64,000 nucleotides of DNA from Octopus sinensis (lineage: Eukaryota), in NCBI RefSeq assembly GCF_006345805.1, contig NC_043004.1, positions 86,428,001 to 86,492,000 on the forward strand, written 5' to 3'. Shown here piece after piece: positions 52,552 to 64,000 of this stretch (positions are counted from its first letter, which is position 1; every line of letters starts with the position of its first letter). Position numbers and translations under genes: made by a program. Below the pieces are notes generated by a model, which made no database searches, was not told the origin of the DNA, and saw only the letters and a program-made list of their open reading frames with translations.

Positions 52552-52920
52552 GGCGTAAGAGTGGCTGTGTGGTAAGTAGCTTGCTTGCAAACCACATGGT
52601 TCCAAGTTCAGTCCCACTGCGTAGCACCTTGGCCAAGTGTCTTCTACTAGCCTCAGGCCGACCAAAGCCTTATGAGTGGATTTGGCAGACGGGAACTGAA
52701 AGAAGCCCATAATATATATGTATGTGGTTACGCCCCCCCCCCCATATCACTTGACAACTGATGTGGGTGTGTTTACGTCTCCGTAACTTAGCAGTTCGGC
52801 AAAAGAGACCGATAAACTAAGTACTAAGCTTACAAAGAATAAGTCCTGGGGTCGATTTGCTCGACTAAAGGCGGTGCTCCAGGATGGCCACAGTCAAATG
52901 ACTGAAACAAGTGAAAGAGA
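52552..52920 (+). mobile_element. Family A SINE, full length and well preserved
   Basis: ggcgtaagagtggctgtgtggtaag (A box) ... ggttccaagttcagtccc (B box) ... gaaacaagtgaaagaga. Confidence 0.92.
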
Positions 52921-53681
52921 GTAAGTCTGTTGTGTGTTTGTGTGTAATCACACCATCATTTAGCATCCATTTTCTATGCTGGCATGGTTTATAAAGGTTT
53001 GACTGGAACTAGTAAGCCAAAGAGCTGCACCAGGCTGCAGTCTGTTTTGGCTTGGTTTCTATAGCTGGGTGCCTTTTACGTGTCACCAACACCGTCCACA
53101 ACTATGATTTTTCTTAACTTGATGTGCCTTCTCAAGCACAGCAAATAGCCAAATGTCTCAGTCACTTGTCATCACTCCATGAGATTCAACATTCAAAGAT
53201 CATACTTCACCGTCTTCCTGGGTTGACCTCTTCCACAGGTTCCCTCCACAGTTAGAGATCGGCACTTCTTTACACAGTTATCCTTATCCATACTCATCAC
53301 AAAATAAATGTGCAAATCCAGGATGGTGTATTGGCAGAACTAAGACTGTCAGACCAGATGCATTACAGTATTTGTTCTGGATCCTTGCATTCTGAGTTCA
53401 AATCGAAGACTTAATCCAGCAAACAGTTAAACACCACCGAGTACCCAGGATGCCTTTAGTAGAGTTCACTCAACTAATATCCAGGCCAGGTCTCTAGTTT
53501 GATGAAGCTTACCACCAATCTCAGAGGCCCTGTAACGAGTCATGGCATTACTTTTCTACATGGAAATGACTTCAAAGTTCCTCCAAAGACTGACCATGAC
53601 AGATTGACTGTTAACCATTTTTTACCCAAAAATAAATCCTATACACTACATTTGTCTCTTCAGTTGATATTTGGTCGTCTT

Positions 53682-54049
53682 AAGGCAGCAAGCCGGGCGA
53701 AATGCTTAGCGGTATTTCGTCTGCCACTACGTTCTGAGTTCAAATTCCGCCAAGGTTGACTTGGCCTTTCATCCTTTCGGGGTCGATTTAATAAGTACCA
53801 GTTACGCACTGGGGTCGATGTAATCGACTTATTCCGTTTGTCTGTCCTTGTTTGTCCTCTCTGTGTTTAGCCCCTTGTGGGTAGTAAAGAAATAGATATT
53901 TCGTCTGACTTTACGTTCTTAGTTCGAATTCCGCCGAGGTCGACTTTACCTTTCATCGTTTCGGGGTCGATAAATTAAGTACCAGCTGCGTACTGGAGTC
54001 GATCTAATCGACTGCCCCCACGCTCCCAAACATTTCGTGCCCTGAAGAC
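53682..54049 (+). mobile_element. Family C SINE dimer flanked by a 14-bp direct repeat
   Basis: tatttggtcgtctt at 53668-53681 and 54050-54063. Confidence 0.85.
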
Positions 54050-54059
54050 TATTTGGTCG

Positions 54060-55400
54060 TCTTTATGTACAGATATACAGAAAACACGCCCGCGTGGCAG
54101 ACACGGGTTTTGCTCGGCTCCACATGACTTAAGTTTCGTGGACGCGTAGGTGAGATCCATCTCAACAGATGCCGGCAAACAGATTTAAAGTATATGTGAC
54201 TCTTTCAAATGTTTTGAGTGCTACTTTCTTTCGCTTGTTCACTTACTCATGTATGTGTGTGTGTGCGTGCATGTGTTAGAGGGAAAGGTTGGTGTAGTTT
54301 TTAGTCAGTTTAATTTTATTATTTACTAATTTAACGTATTTGCATATTCCTCTTAAACTTTCTCTATTTCACTGCCGGATAGCTGTGTGTATGTGTATGT
54401 ATACGCATGTACGTACGTGCGTGAGAGTGTGTTTAACTTGTCAGACTGGTTGATGGAGAAAACAGTCATGATCACATACCGACATGAATTACCGTGCGAA
54501 GTGGTCGCACAAGCTTTAAAATACACACGTGCGCATATATCGCCGAGAGATGGAAGATGGTTTAGAGGGGGGCAAAGACGAGGGTTGGGAGGATGGGCTT
54601 CCTCAAGGGCATGCATACCATAGATGTATATGTACACACACACGCACACATATATATATATATACACATCGCTCGGTAACATAAACGCACATACCAGAAA
54701 GACAGAGTCGGGGTGAGAGGTTAAGTGGCACACCTTAAAGATATGTATCACATGTACACACGCCATTATTAACGGGTTCACACATATGGTCGTATAATGG
54801 ATGAATGAGAAAGCAAGGTGGGTAGAAAAAAAGAAGAGACATCGCAAATATACAACTAGAATGTATATATATGCACATGACCATACATACATACATAAAT
54901 ACCTCTCGCAGTATACACGATCAAATATACGCATATATATATATACATACACAGAGAAAAAGTAAAACTTTTAACAAGTCCAACGAAAGTAGTGATGGGC
55001 ACGCACATACCACGAAACATGTAAACACACCATGCTGTGTATATTAGCTTACCTCCTTCGCATGTACACACACACACAAATACCTCGCTCACACCAGCAG
55101 AATCGTCCCGTCTGCTTACACACAGAAGTGTGTATGTATGTATGTATGTGTGTGTGTATACACACAACGCTTTTTCCATCATTAAAGTGACTGTTGTATC
55201 GTTAGCCGACGGCTTCTTTTAGCCACACACACACACACACACGCTCTCTTTCTCTCTCTCTCTCTCTCTGGTCATTTATAATTAATCAAGCTGTCAAGAG
55301 AAAAGACACACACACACACACACATGTCCTCCTCCTCCTCCTCCCCAACCTTTCACTCGTTTCTCTCTTCCTAGAATATGTTCGCTTTCTGCTCCAGTCA
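54060..55400. promoter_or_regulatory. CpG-enriched unique region, probable promoter and 5' UTR exon(s) of gene 2
   Basis: Many CG dinucleotides relative to the flanks, (CT)n/(CA)n tracts, strong minus-strand donors GAG|gtaagc (exon end 55053) and TGA|gtaagt (~54247). Confidence 0.4.
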
Positions 55401-55973
55401 CATCGCAAGTTGAGGTTTTGTTTAATTTTTTTATTTATTTTTTTATTTCTTGTTTGTTTGTTTGTTTTTTTTGTTGGTTCTTTTTTTTTTCTTGCTGTTT
55501 TGTTTGTTTACATATTTTTCCTTCACGTTGTTAATTGTTTATATATTTTATATTCATATTTATTATTGTCTGCGGGTATTAAGTTCGAGATAATGTTTTA
55601 TTTGTTTGCTTCTGCAAATGAAGTGCTTATGGGGAAAGTATATTATATTCACAGCATTTTTAAAGCCTCACTTAAAAGGCAGGATTTGAGGATATTTTCT
55701 TCTTAAATTTAATTTTCTAACGAAAGAAGATAAAGCTAAGAAACGTAAGTTCCCCGCCCCCACCAACCACTACCGAAAGTTATATATATATTTCCGTTTT
55801 TGGAAAATGAATTCAGGTAAGACAAAATTGTTATTGTTCTTTAGCTCCCACCACCATCACCCCTGATCGAGCAGGCCTAATTTTAATCAAAGCCGTCCCA
55901 GCCTTGACCATCCCCTTTGTATGTTTGTGTATGTTGGGGCTACACGTTTTCTTAACTAAGAGTGTGCTTAGAG

Positions 55974-56277
55974 CAGTGGTTCTCAACCGGGATCCATACA
56001 AAATTGTTGGGAGTCCAAAATTGTAAACTGGGGCTCCACAATAGTATTTTAAGGGCCCCTGAAAAAAACTTTGCATTAGATGTGTGTATTGCAAGAAATA
56101 GCTAGGTTTTTTTCTCTAACATTTTACATTGTTCAATTTACACAAGTTAATGTGTGAAAAACAAAATGGGAATTTTTAAAGAAGTTCCTATGAAACTAGT
56201 CAAACATCAAATGTCTATGGGGGTCAACCAGAATAAAATACTAATCAAAGATAAAAAGAAATGGTTGAGAACCCCTG
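55974..56277. mobile_element. hAT MITE
   Basis: cagtggttctcaacc ... ggttgagaacccctg; 8-bp TSD gcttagag/gtttagag. Confidence 0.9.
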
Positions 56278-57540
56278 GTTTAGAGGGATATTTGCTGGGT
56301 TTTTTAGTACTTCGAGAATCCTCGTAAGGGCTACCTATCTGATTTGTGTATGTGTATTGTTTTTTTTAAAGTTATAGTAGGTCCATGTTATTTTAGTTTC
56401 ACGTTATTTTTTGTCATACATCCAGATTTACCTTATATTTTACCATTTTCCCTCTTTGTAGAATTACTTAACATTAGTCAAATTTAATGTGGCATTTTTA
56501 TTTATTAACATACACTTGTTAATTAAAAAAAAAATAGTAAGCTTATTATCAGAGGAAAGGAAACATCGGGTTTCTTTTTCTTTTTATTAACCGTTGAAAT
56601 TCACTTTTGTTTGCTGTTGATGTTTAACCCCATGTCGTCCCTGATCAAAACAATTCCTGTTGTGACCACCCAACCAGCTTTTTGAGACACAATATAGGAT
56701 TGCATTCGCGAATGTATTCTTGCCATTCAGTAAGGGTGGATGATAGGGAAAATTTGTCTGCTGTTTCTAGCAATTCTGCTCGATTGCGTTTTTAAGCCGT
56801 AGTAGTGCAAGTGGTTGAAGTTTTCTTATCTTCGTGGCCATCCTTGCAGAGAAAACGTTCCAACTGCCATGAAAACGAACTCATTGATTACTAGATGACA
56901 AGTGTAACTAGAATTAAGTCTTACCGGTGTAAACGGTGAACTGGTTCCTCTTAATTACACTTGTCAAAAACAGATATACGGACTCGTCCATGTGAGTCTT
57001 TCCGGCATCTTTGGATGTTGATTGCACTGACTGGCTTCACTTGTCTTTTCAGCTCATCAAGATCCCTCTTCACACTTCCTTCCTAATATGTTGGGATAAA
57101 GTAGCAAAATTTTAAAATTTTATCGATTAACCGTAGGAATTGGAGTGGGTGTGTGATAAGTTACGAACCACACGGTTCCAGGTTCAGTCCCACTGCGTGG
57201 CACCTTGGGCAAGTATCTTCTACTATAGGCCTCGGGCCGACCAAAGCCTTGTGAGTGGATTTGGTAGACGGAAACCGAAAGAAGCCTGTCGTATATATGT
57301 ATATATATATATGCGTGTGTGTCTGTGTTTGCCCCCCCCCCCCAATCATCGCTTAACAGCCGATACTGGTGTGTTTACGTCCCCGTAACATAGCGGTTCG
57401 GCAAAAGAGACCGATAGAATAAGTACCAGGCTTACAAAGAATAAGTCCTGGGATCGATTTACTCGACTAAAGGCGGGGCGGAAATTCAAATGAGCTAATT
57501 GCATGTATTTTGACAAATAAGCTATGGAGTAATCGTCATC

Positions 57541-58010
57541 GGACGGAAGTAAAGGACTGCACCCCTTTTCGTTTTTTATTTATTTATTTTTTTTTTTTTT
57601 TGCTACAGAAAATTTTGTAAAATTTAAAGTTTTCAAAAATAAATAAATAAACACCCCTCCACTCCGTCAGCGCACCTGTGACAGAAAGTAAACATGTTGT
57701 GGTCTTTTGGTAATTCGTATTTAGAAAGTGGATCTTAAGTTTGGCTGTTGTTTCTAGCTTATCGGACTTTCCTGCTGGAGCATACTTAAAACTGAAGATT
57801 TTTAAAACCCCAAAAACACGTTTTCAAAATGTTAGTTTTCCCTCTGGTAAAGGAAAAAAAAGGGTGGGAGAAATTAAAATTTAGAAAACGTGATGCCTTT
57901 TTTTTTTTTTCAGATTCGGAATCTCCACAGTTGAAAAAGTGGGTTTCTGTAGAAAAAAAAAATAATAAATAACCGAAAGGGGGTGCAGTCCATGTCCTTT
58001 ACCTCCGCCC
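57541..58010. mobile_element. TIR-bounded MITE (470 bp), superfamily unassigned
   Basis: TIRs ggacggaagtaaagga-ctgcaccccttttcg vs gggcggaggtaaaggacatggactgcaccccctttcg; ATC on both flanks. Confidence 0.8.
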
Positions 58011-58595
58011 ATCATCGATTTAACATCCTTTTTTTTTTTTTGCACTTGCATGGGGCGGATTTTCTACCAGCAGATACCTTTCCTGTCACTAACTCTCACA
58101 TGTTTTCAAGCAAGGTAATATTTCCCTAAACATTACTTTCATAGATTGGAAATGAAGCATGCTGCTTGCATCACATTGACATTCATTTACAGTTGTCACA
58201 TATAATCAAGGCAAGGAGACAGTAACACACACTCACACACACACACACATGGTCATCTATCAGTTTCTGTCTAAATCCACTGACAATTCTTTGGTCAGCT
58301 TAAGGCTATAGTAGAATACACTTGCCCAAGGTATCACACAGTGGAACTGAACCCGAGACCATGTGGTTGGGAAGCAAGCTTCGTACCACACTGCAACAGT
58401 ATACAAACATAATTAATTGAAATTTCCCTTTTAGTTGATGAAAGGTTAACAAATCCAACAATTGTTACAAGATAATCTATATTGTGTGGAGGATGAATAA
58501 TTAAATAGTGTCATATGCATCTACATTTAGTTTCACTGTGAAATAATCGATGAGGAGAAGTAATAAGCAACAATTCCTCTGTGTCTGCATGTGTG

Positions 58596-58634
<39 letters not shown>

Positions 58635-59499
58635 TTTATGTTTTATGTTTTATGTTTTTACTGGCCAGAATCTTAATCAACCAAATTAACCCCATAGTTT
58701 TTTTTGTTTTTTTTATCTGAGCCTGATACTTACTTTGTCAGTCTCTTTTGTACGGGTATGTAAACACACCAATACCAGTTATCAAGCAGTGGTGTAGGAC
58801 ACGGACACACATACACACACACAAATATATAATGAGCTTCTTTCAGTTTCCAAATACCAAATCCACTCACAAGGGTTTTGTTGGCTCGAGACTATGGTAG
58901 AAGACACTTGGCCATAGTGGGATTGAGCCCAGAACCATATGGTTGGGGAGCTAACTTTTTACCTTACAGCCATGCCTACATAGCCTAGTGGTTAAGAGAG
59001 ATCATGATTTTAATTCCCAAACCAGCTGCACATTGGATTCTTGAGCAAAACACTTCATTTCACTCTGCTCCGATGGATAAGCCTTACAATCAGGAGTAAT
59101 ATTCTTTTGCTGCTCTAGGCTCAAGGCCTGAAATTTTGGGGGAGGTGACCAGTTGATTAGATTGACTCCAGTACGTAACTTGTACTAATTAATCGACCCC
59201 GAAAGGATGAAAGGCAAAGTCGACCTCAGAGGAATTTGAACTCAGAATATAAAGACAGATGAACTACTACTAAGCATTTCCCCCAGCGTACTAGCGTTTC
59301 TACCAGCTCACCATCTTAGATCAGGTGTAATATTGATATCAGCAGGGTAGCATCATTCAAATGCTATATGATGTATAACGACATCTGATAGTCTGATCAA
59401 TCATGTCGCACAAACAGATGTACTGTTAGATACATCCACTAGAAATACCAACAGAATAAGTCATACACGCACAACTGTAGCTTTGGATCCAGAGTGTCA

Positions 59500-59910
59500 T
59501 CAGGTTGTGTCCAGCTTTCCTTAAACATTTCAACTCGAAGCTACAACACCCTCTTATTGTGGGTCAGCAATAATAGGGCAGTGACTGTTCACCTGCCTTT
59601 CAGCTCAACTCTTCCTGCTTGCTCCAGCACCAGCATGGTCCTCTTTGTGCTTCGTCCCCCAACCTGTGAGCTGCTATCATCCTTTCCCTTCTTACCATTC
59701 CCACAACTGTCAGCATTTTCCAACAGACTGTGCTGGGAACCTCCTGCATCCAGCTTCATCTGGAAATAACCAGAATATCCAACCATTTTTCTCTTTGTTG
59801 TTGGACTAGATTCTGGCACATAATAGCTTCTCTCTTTGAAGTTTCCTCATGCCCATCTTCTCACAGAATCATCAGTTCTATCATAATTACCTTCTTCCTT
59901 GAGATGTTAA
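59500..59910 (-). mobile_element. R2/NeSL-superfamily (HERO-like) non-LTR element, restriction-like endonuclease C-terminus
   Basis: SRKKVIMIELMIL*EDGHEE...; GCRRFPAQSV/WKMLTVVGM...RLGDEAQR...WSKQEELS matches the IELTVPWE ... GCRGFPAQSVW ... pattern. Confidence 0.7.
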
Positions 59911-60059
59911 AAAGGAATTGAAATGGAATTTTGCATAAGCATGAAACATTGACTTTGTTTCATTCATTAGACTGGCCATGCTGAGGCACCACTTTGAAGG
60001 GTTTTTTCCATGCCACCTGTACTATTGAGATTGCCATGCATTTCGCAGGACTACAAACC

Positions 60060-60570
60060 CTGGAGGTGGGGTCATCTTTGTGCTAGAGGATGAGGGGAAT
60101 ACTGTGTGATGGGACAGGGTAGGTTCCTGTAGATGGATTTTTATAGCTACTGAGAACTAGTAGGGGAAAATGGGAGAGAGAAAAAGAAGAGTTGCAAAAG
60201 ATAGATAATGGTAATGAGGTCCCTAGGAGACCCCACAAGTTACAAGCTAAGTAGAAGTGGGTAGGTGAACGGTTGGTTTGCAAAATTATATGGGAAGGAG
60301 AATGAGTGGTGGGGAGGCAGACTGCCAAAATGGATAGGGTTGACAGGTTGAAACAAGAATGATGGAACGGGGAAGATAGAGAGGTGCAGGAGTTTTAGGG
60401 TAGCAAGCCACAAGAGGGGTAAAGATGGTACAGTCATAGGGTGGTGGTGAGGATATGACACGCTTGGGTAGTCTGTAGGAGCCAGAGGAAAGGGGAAAGA
60501 GGCTGGGGGAGAGAGTCTCTGTAATGGGCGGAGAACCCACAGCATAGCATTTCCAGAACTCAATTTTTCT
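60060..60570 (-). mobile_element. Penelope-like element fragment (RT-to-endonuclease linker)
   Basis: Frameshifted PLV..YP / HIILQ / PLSIF / GTYP segments match the PLE linker (PLVLTYHP...HIILR...PPLSAFRR...PGTFPC). Confidence 0.6.
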
Positions 60571-60634
60571 CACCACAGCTATCAGTATAATCTGAGAGTT
60601 TTGCCATGCTTTTGCTAATTGGTTTAGGCACTTA

Positions 60635-60848
60635 CAAGAGGGTACTGAAAAGTTCTTGGATTTGGGTAAAAGAAAATACAGGAGAATCAGTTAGGATTTT
60701 ATTCAACATATTCCCCTCTTGGATTCACACACTTATTGCAGTGGTCCTTCAGTTTTTCTAAGCCCTGTGAAAGAACTCGGAAGGCTGGGTTTCCAACCAG
60801 ACCTTTTGTGATACCCTTAAAGCCAGGAACTTTTCAGCAACCCCTCAC
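60635..60848. mobile_element. Mariner-derived MITE
   Basis: TA + caagagggtactgaaaagttcttggattt ... aaagccaggaacttttcagcaacccctc. Confidence 0.85.
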
Positions 60849-61319
60849 ACATAATCACAGAATGACATAGACATTATCTCACTGTCTCACTCTCGTTGCA
60901 GTGAAACATTGAGGATGTGACAGTTGAAGGAAGAGAGGACTACTCCAGCACTTGACTGGTACTCATTTTCAGTTGCATAGGGTGGAGCTGTGTGAAAACG
61001 AAGTATCTTAAGGCTCAGGAACACCATGCACCACTTGGTCATGTGACTTCACTTGTGTGTGCGCATGCATGTATGTTTGTCTCTGTGTGTCTTCACATTG
61101 ACACTGTTGCAGCAATTGTGCATTTGTTTATCCCTTAAGTAGTTTGATCATTTTGTCAGTGTTGTGTGAAGACCAGTGAAACTCAGGAGGTGGAGGGACA
61201 AGGGTTGGTGACAGGTATGGCATCTAGTCATAGAACACTGCTAAATAAGTCTCATCCATCCTGTGTTAGTAGAAATAAAGCAGAAGTAAAAGTGATAATG
61301 ATGAAGGTGATATACATAA

Positions 61320-62065
61320 GCACAGGCCTGGCTGTGTGGTTAATTAAGTTGCTTTACATTTAGTCTTACTGTGTGTCTTTTACTATAGCCCTGGGGCCAA
61401 CCAACTTGCATTTGGATTTAGTAGACAGAAACTATGGAAGCCTGTCATGTGTGTCTTTGGGTTTGTGTTTGTCTCCACTGCTACCTCTTGACAACCAGTG
61501 CTGGTTTGTTTTTGTTCTGATAGCTTAGCAGTTTGGCAAAAGTAAGCAATAGAATAATTACCAGATTTAAGAATATGTACACAGGTTGGTTTGCTTGACT
61601 AACTCTTACAAGGTGGTGCCCCAGCATGGCCAGTGCAATGACTGAAACAAGTAAAAAACAGAAAAAGATATATATATATATTCTATTAGTCTTTTATCGT
61701 TTCAGTTATTTGACTGTGGTCATGCTGGAGCACCACCTTTAGTCAAACAAATCAACCACAGGACTTATTCTTTATAAGCCTAGTACTTATTCTATCAGTC
61801 TCTTGTACCGAACTGCTAATTTACAGGGATGTAAACACACCAACATCAGTTGTCACATGATGGTGGGGCAACAAACATACACACACACACATATACATAC
61901 AAATATATGACGGCCTTCTTTCAGTTTCCGTCTACCAAATCTACTCACAAGGCTTTGGTCAGCCCAAAGCTATAGTAGAAGTCACTTGCCCTAGGTGTCA
62001 TACAGTGGGACTGAACCCGCAACTGTGTGGTCGGTAAGCAAGCTACTTACCACACAGCCACTCTC
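61320..62065. mobile_element. Tail-to-tail inverted pair of family A SINEs
   Basis: Plus copy ~61320-61655, minus copy ~61690-62065, spacer ~35-40 nt. Confidence 0.85.
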
Positions 62066-62467
62066 AATTTTTAATACCAAGTTTTCTATTTTACCCAGTA
62101 TAATATACAATTAAACAGAAATAATTTAATACTGTCCCTTTATGCAGAAGCTTTCGGTTTTGCAAAGGAGTATAATGTATCAAAGCTTTTGCTTTTGTGG
62201 TGGGGTAGGATAGGATTCTCATTGTCCATTTTGATGTCTCTGTCTTTTTTTGTGTACATTTGAAGCCTACGTGGTATAACCAATTCTAGTAATAAATGGA
62301 AGTCATTAGAAGGTGTCAGTTTCACAAAGAACTTCTTGTTGCAACACAATGTCTACCAAGAACAGTTTCCCCTCCTCATTTGGAAGCAATATCACTTATC
62401 TTTAGAATTAGGATCCACACTGATAAGTATTAACTGAAGAAAACTTGTTTTGCTTTAATTTTATTAA

Positions 62468-63022
62468 CCCTTTAGCATTCAGATTACTCTGTCAATTATA
62501 ATGCTTACTAGCTGACCATGTTCCGTCAATAATGACAGCGAATTGTAGTATTTTAAATATAAGTAAGGTACATAATAATCTTGCATACAAACATTCACAT
62601 ACTTCCCTTCTACACGCACACACATATATACTCGCACAGAGTTGAAACGCTGATTTTTTTTTCACCCCTTCCTTTTTGTCATTGCTACTACTTTCTCTCA
62701 CTCCCTTTCCTTCACTGAAATACTATTTTCTCTGCGTCCAGCGTCATTCTGGACAAATATATATATATAAGGATAAGATCGTTAATTTAAATATCGATCT
62801 TATCAAGTGTATATACACACACACATACATAAAATACACTCATTATTATATTAGGAGATTTAATCACATTATTTTGAATTAGCCATGCATTATCTTGGAG
62901 TCTCAAGATTTTGATGATGTGATTATTTTTAGAATAACATTGTAAGGTATGTGTAAGAGGTCAGATCTGGCCAGTTTGAGCATAAAACAAGAAGAATGTT
63001 CGGGCCAGATATGTTCGAAGGG
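62468..63022. mobile_element. piggyBac-like MITE carrying a nested Helitron
   Basis: ttaa-ccctttagcattcag ... gaaggg-ttat; removing 62508-62858 restores the family sequence aatgctta|tttaatcacatt. Confidence 0.8.
62508..62858 (-). mobile_element. Non-autonomous Helitron
   Basis: On the minus strand: 5' TC, 3' CTAG, hairpin ctgtca-ttat-tgacgg 11 nt before CTAG, inserted between A and T with no TSD. Confidence 0.8.
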
Positions 63023-64000
63023 TTATGGCTGACTAAAGTTATTCTTTTTGTTTGTTTTTTTGAAGAATTGTCAGTTAATTTTATTCGTTCCTTAGAGATG
63101 AAGGCAAAAGTTAATCACATCTAGATATGAAAAGAAACTGGTCTTTAAATTTGTTTCAATCACTGGACTGTGGCCATGCTGAAGCGCACATTGAATAGTT
63201 TTAGTTGAACAAATCAATCCCAGTGCTTCCCCCCCCTATTTGTCTGGTACTTATTTCATTAGTCTCTTGCTGAACTGCTAAGTTAAGGTAACATAAACAA
63301 ACCAATACCTGTTGTTAGGTGGGTCAGAGAGGACACACATGCATAGATATATACACACACACAGCAGCAGGCTTCTACACAGTTTCTATGTACCAAATTC
63401 ACTCAGAAGGTATTGGTTAACTGAAAGTTATAGAAGAATCACTTACTCAAGATGCTGTTCAGTAGAACTGAACTTACAACCGTATGGTTGCAAAGCAAGC
63501 TTCTTAACCACACAGCCATGCCTGCGCAATGAAGATATTGGGTATTGTAAGACCAGTCCTGCTCTTTTAGTGGAACTAAATGAATGCAGAAGGAAAGAAG
63601 CACATCTTTTCTTGCTCATTCATTTTACTAAGGAAGCAGAACAATTGTGAGATATCATAATTTATAACTTTGACATTTTCATCCAAGCTAAATGATATAA
63701 CAAATTTGACTACTTAAACCATCTTATTTAATCCCATCGCCAAGATGTGATTATTTATTCACAAATTCTGATTCTCTTTTGCTGAAAAGGTCAGAATAAG
63801 GCCAAAACATGTAATCTTAGTCTGACAGTATTTTTCCCTTTTACTGCTTAATTGTGAAGGCACATGGCCTAATGGTTTGTGGTTGCACTCATGATCGCAA
63901 GATCCTGTTTTTGATTCTTGTTCTATCATCTTTGTCATAGCTCTATGAATCACATCTAGTTTTGTGATCAACAACCTGTGTACAAACAATAAGAGCATTG

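Overview
AT-rich, repeat-dominated eukaryotic genomic DNA. The SINE, RTE and microsatellite landscape is typical of octopus (coleoid cephalopod); this is inferred from repeat style, not proven. Most ORF-track entries are microsatellite or transposon artefacts. Recognisable content: (1) about a dozen kinds of mobile element, mostly decayed: tRNA-headed SINEs, RTE LINE remnants and RTE-tailed non-autonomous copies, Penelope-like elements (PLEs) with a GIY-YIG domain, a HERO/R2-type RLE element, a mariner transposase, a hAT/Buster transposase, hAT, Tc1/mariner and piggyBac-like MITEs, a Helitron and a Helentron-type HINE; (2) a probable divergent promoter at ~11.3-12.0 kb (CRE + YY1) with a minus-strand first coding exon; (3) a candidate minus-strand multi-exon gene from ~55 kb to ~29 kb whose hand-picked exons join in frame to an unidentified 93-145 aa protein; (4) scattered plus-strand exon-like segments antisense to it. 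The most notable observations are minimal hammerhead-ribozyme folds in PLE terminal repeats that share a non-canonical U at core position 6, several near-perfect fold-back palindromes at retroelement junctions, and SINEs stacking head-to-tail. No gene could be named. All coordinates were counted by hand, and repeat boundaries are approximate.
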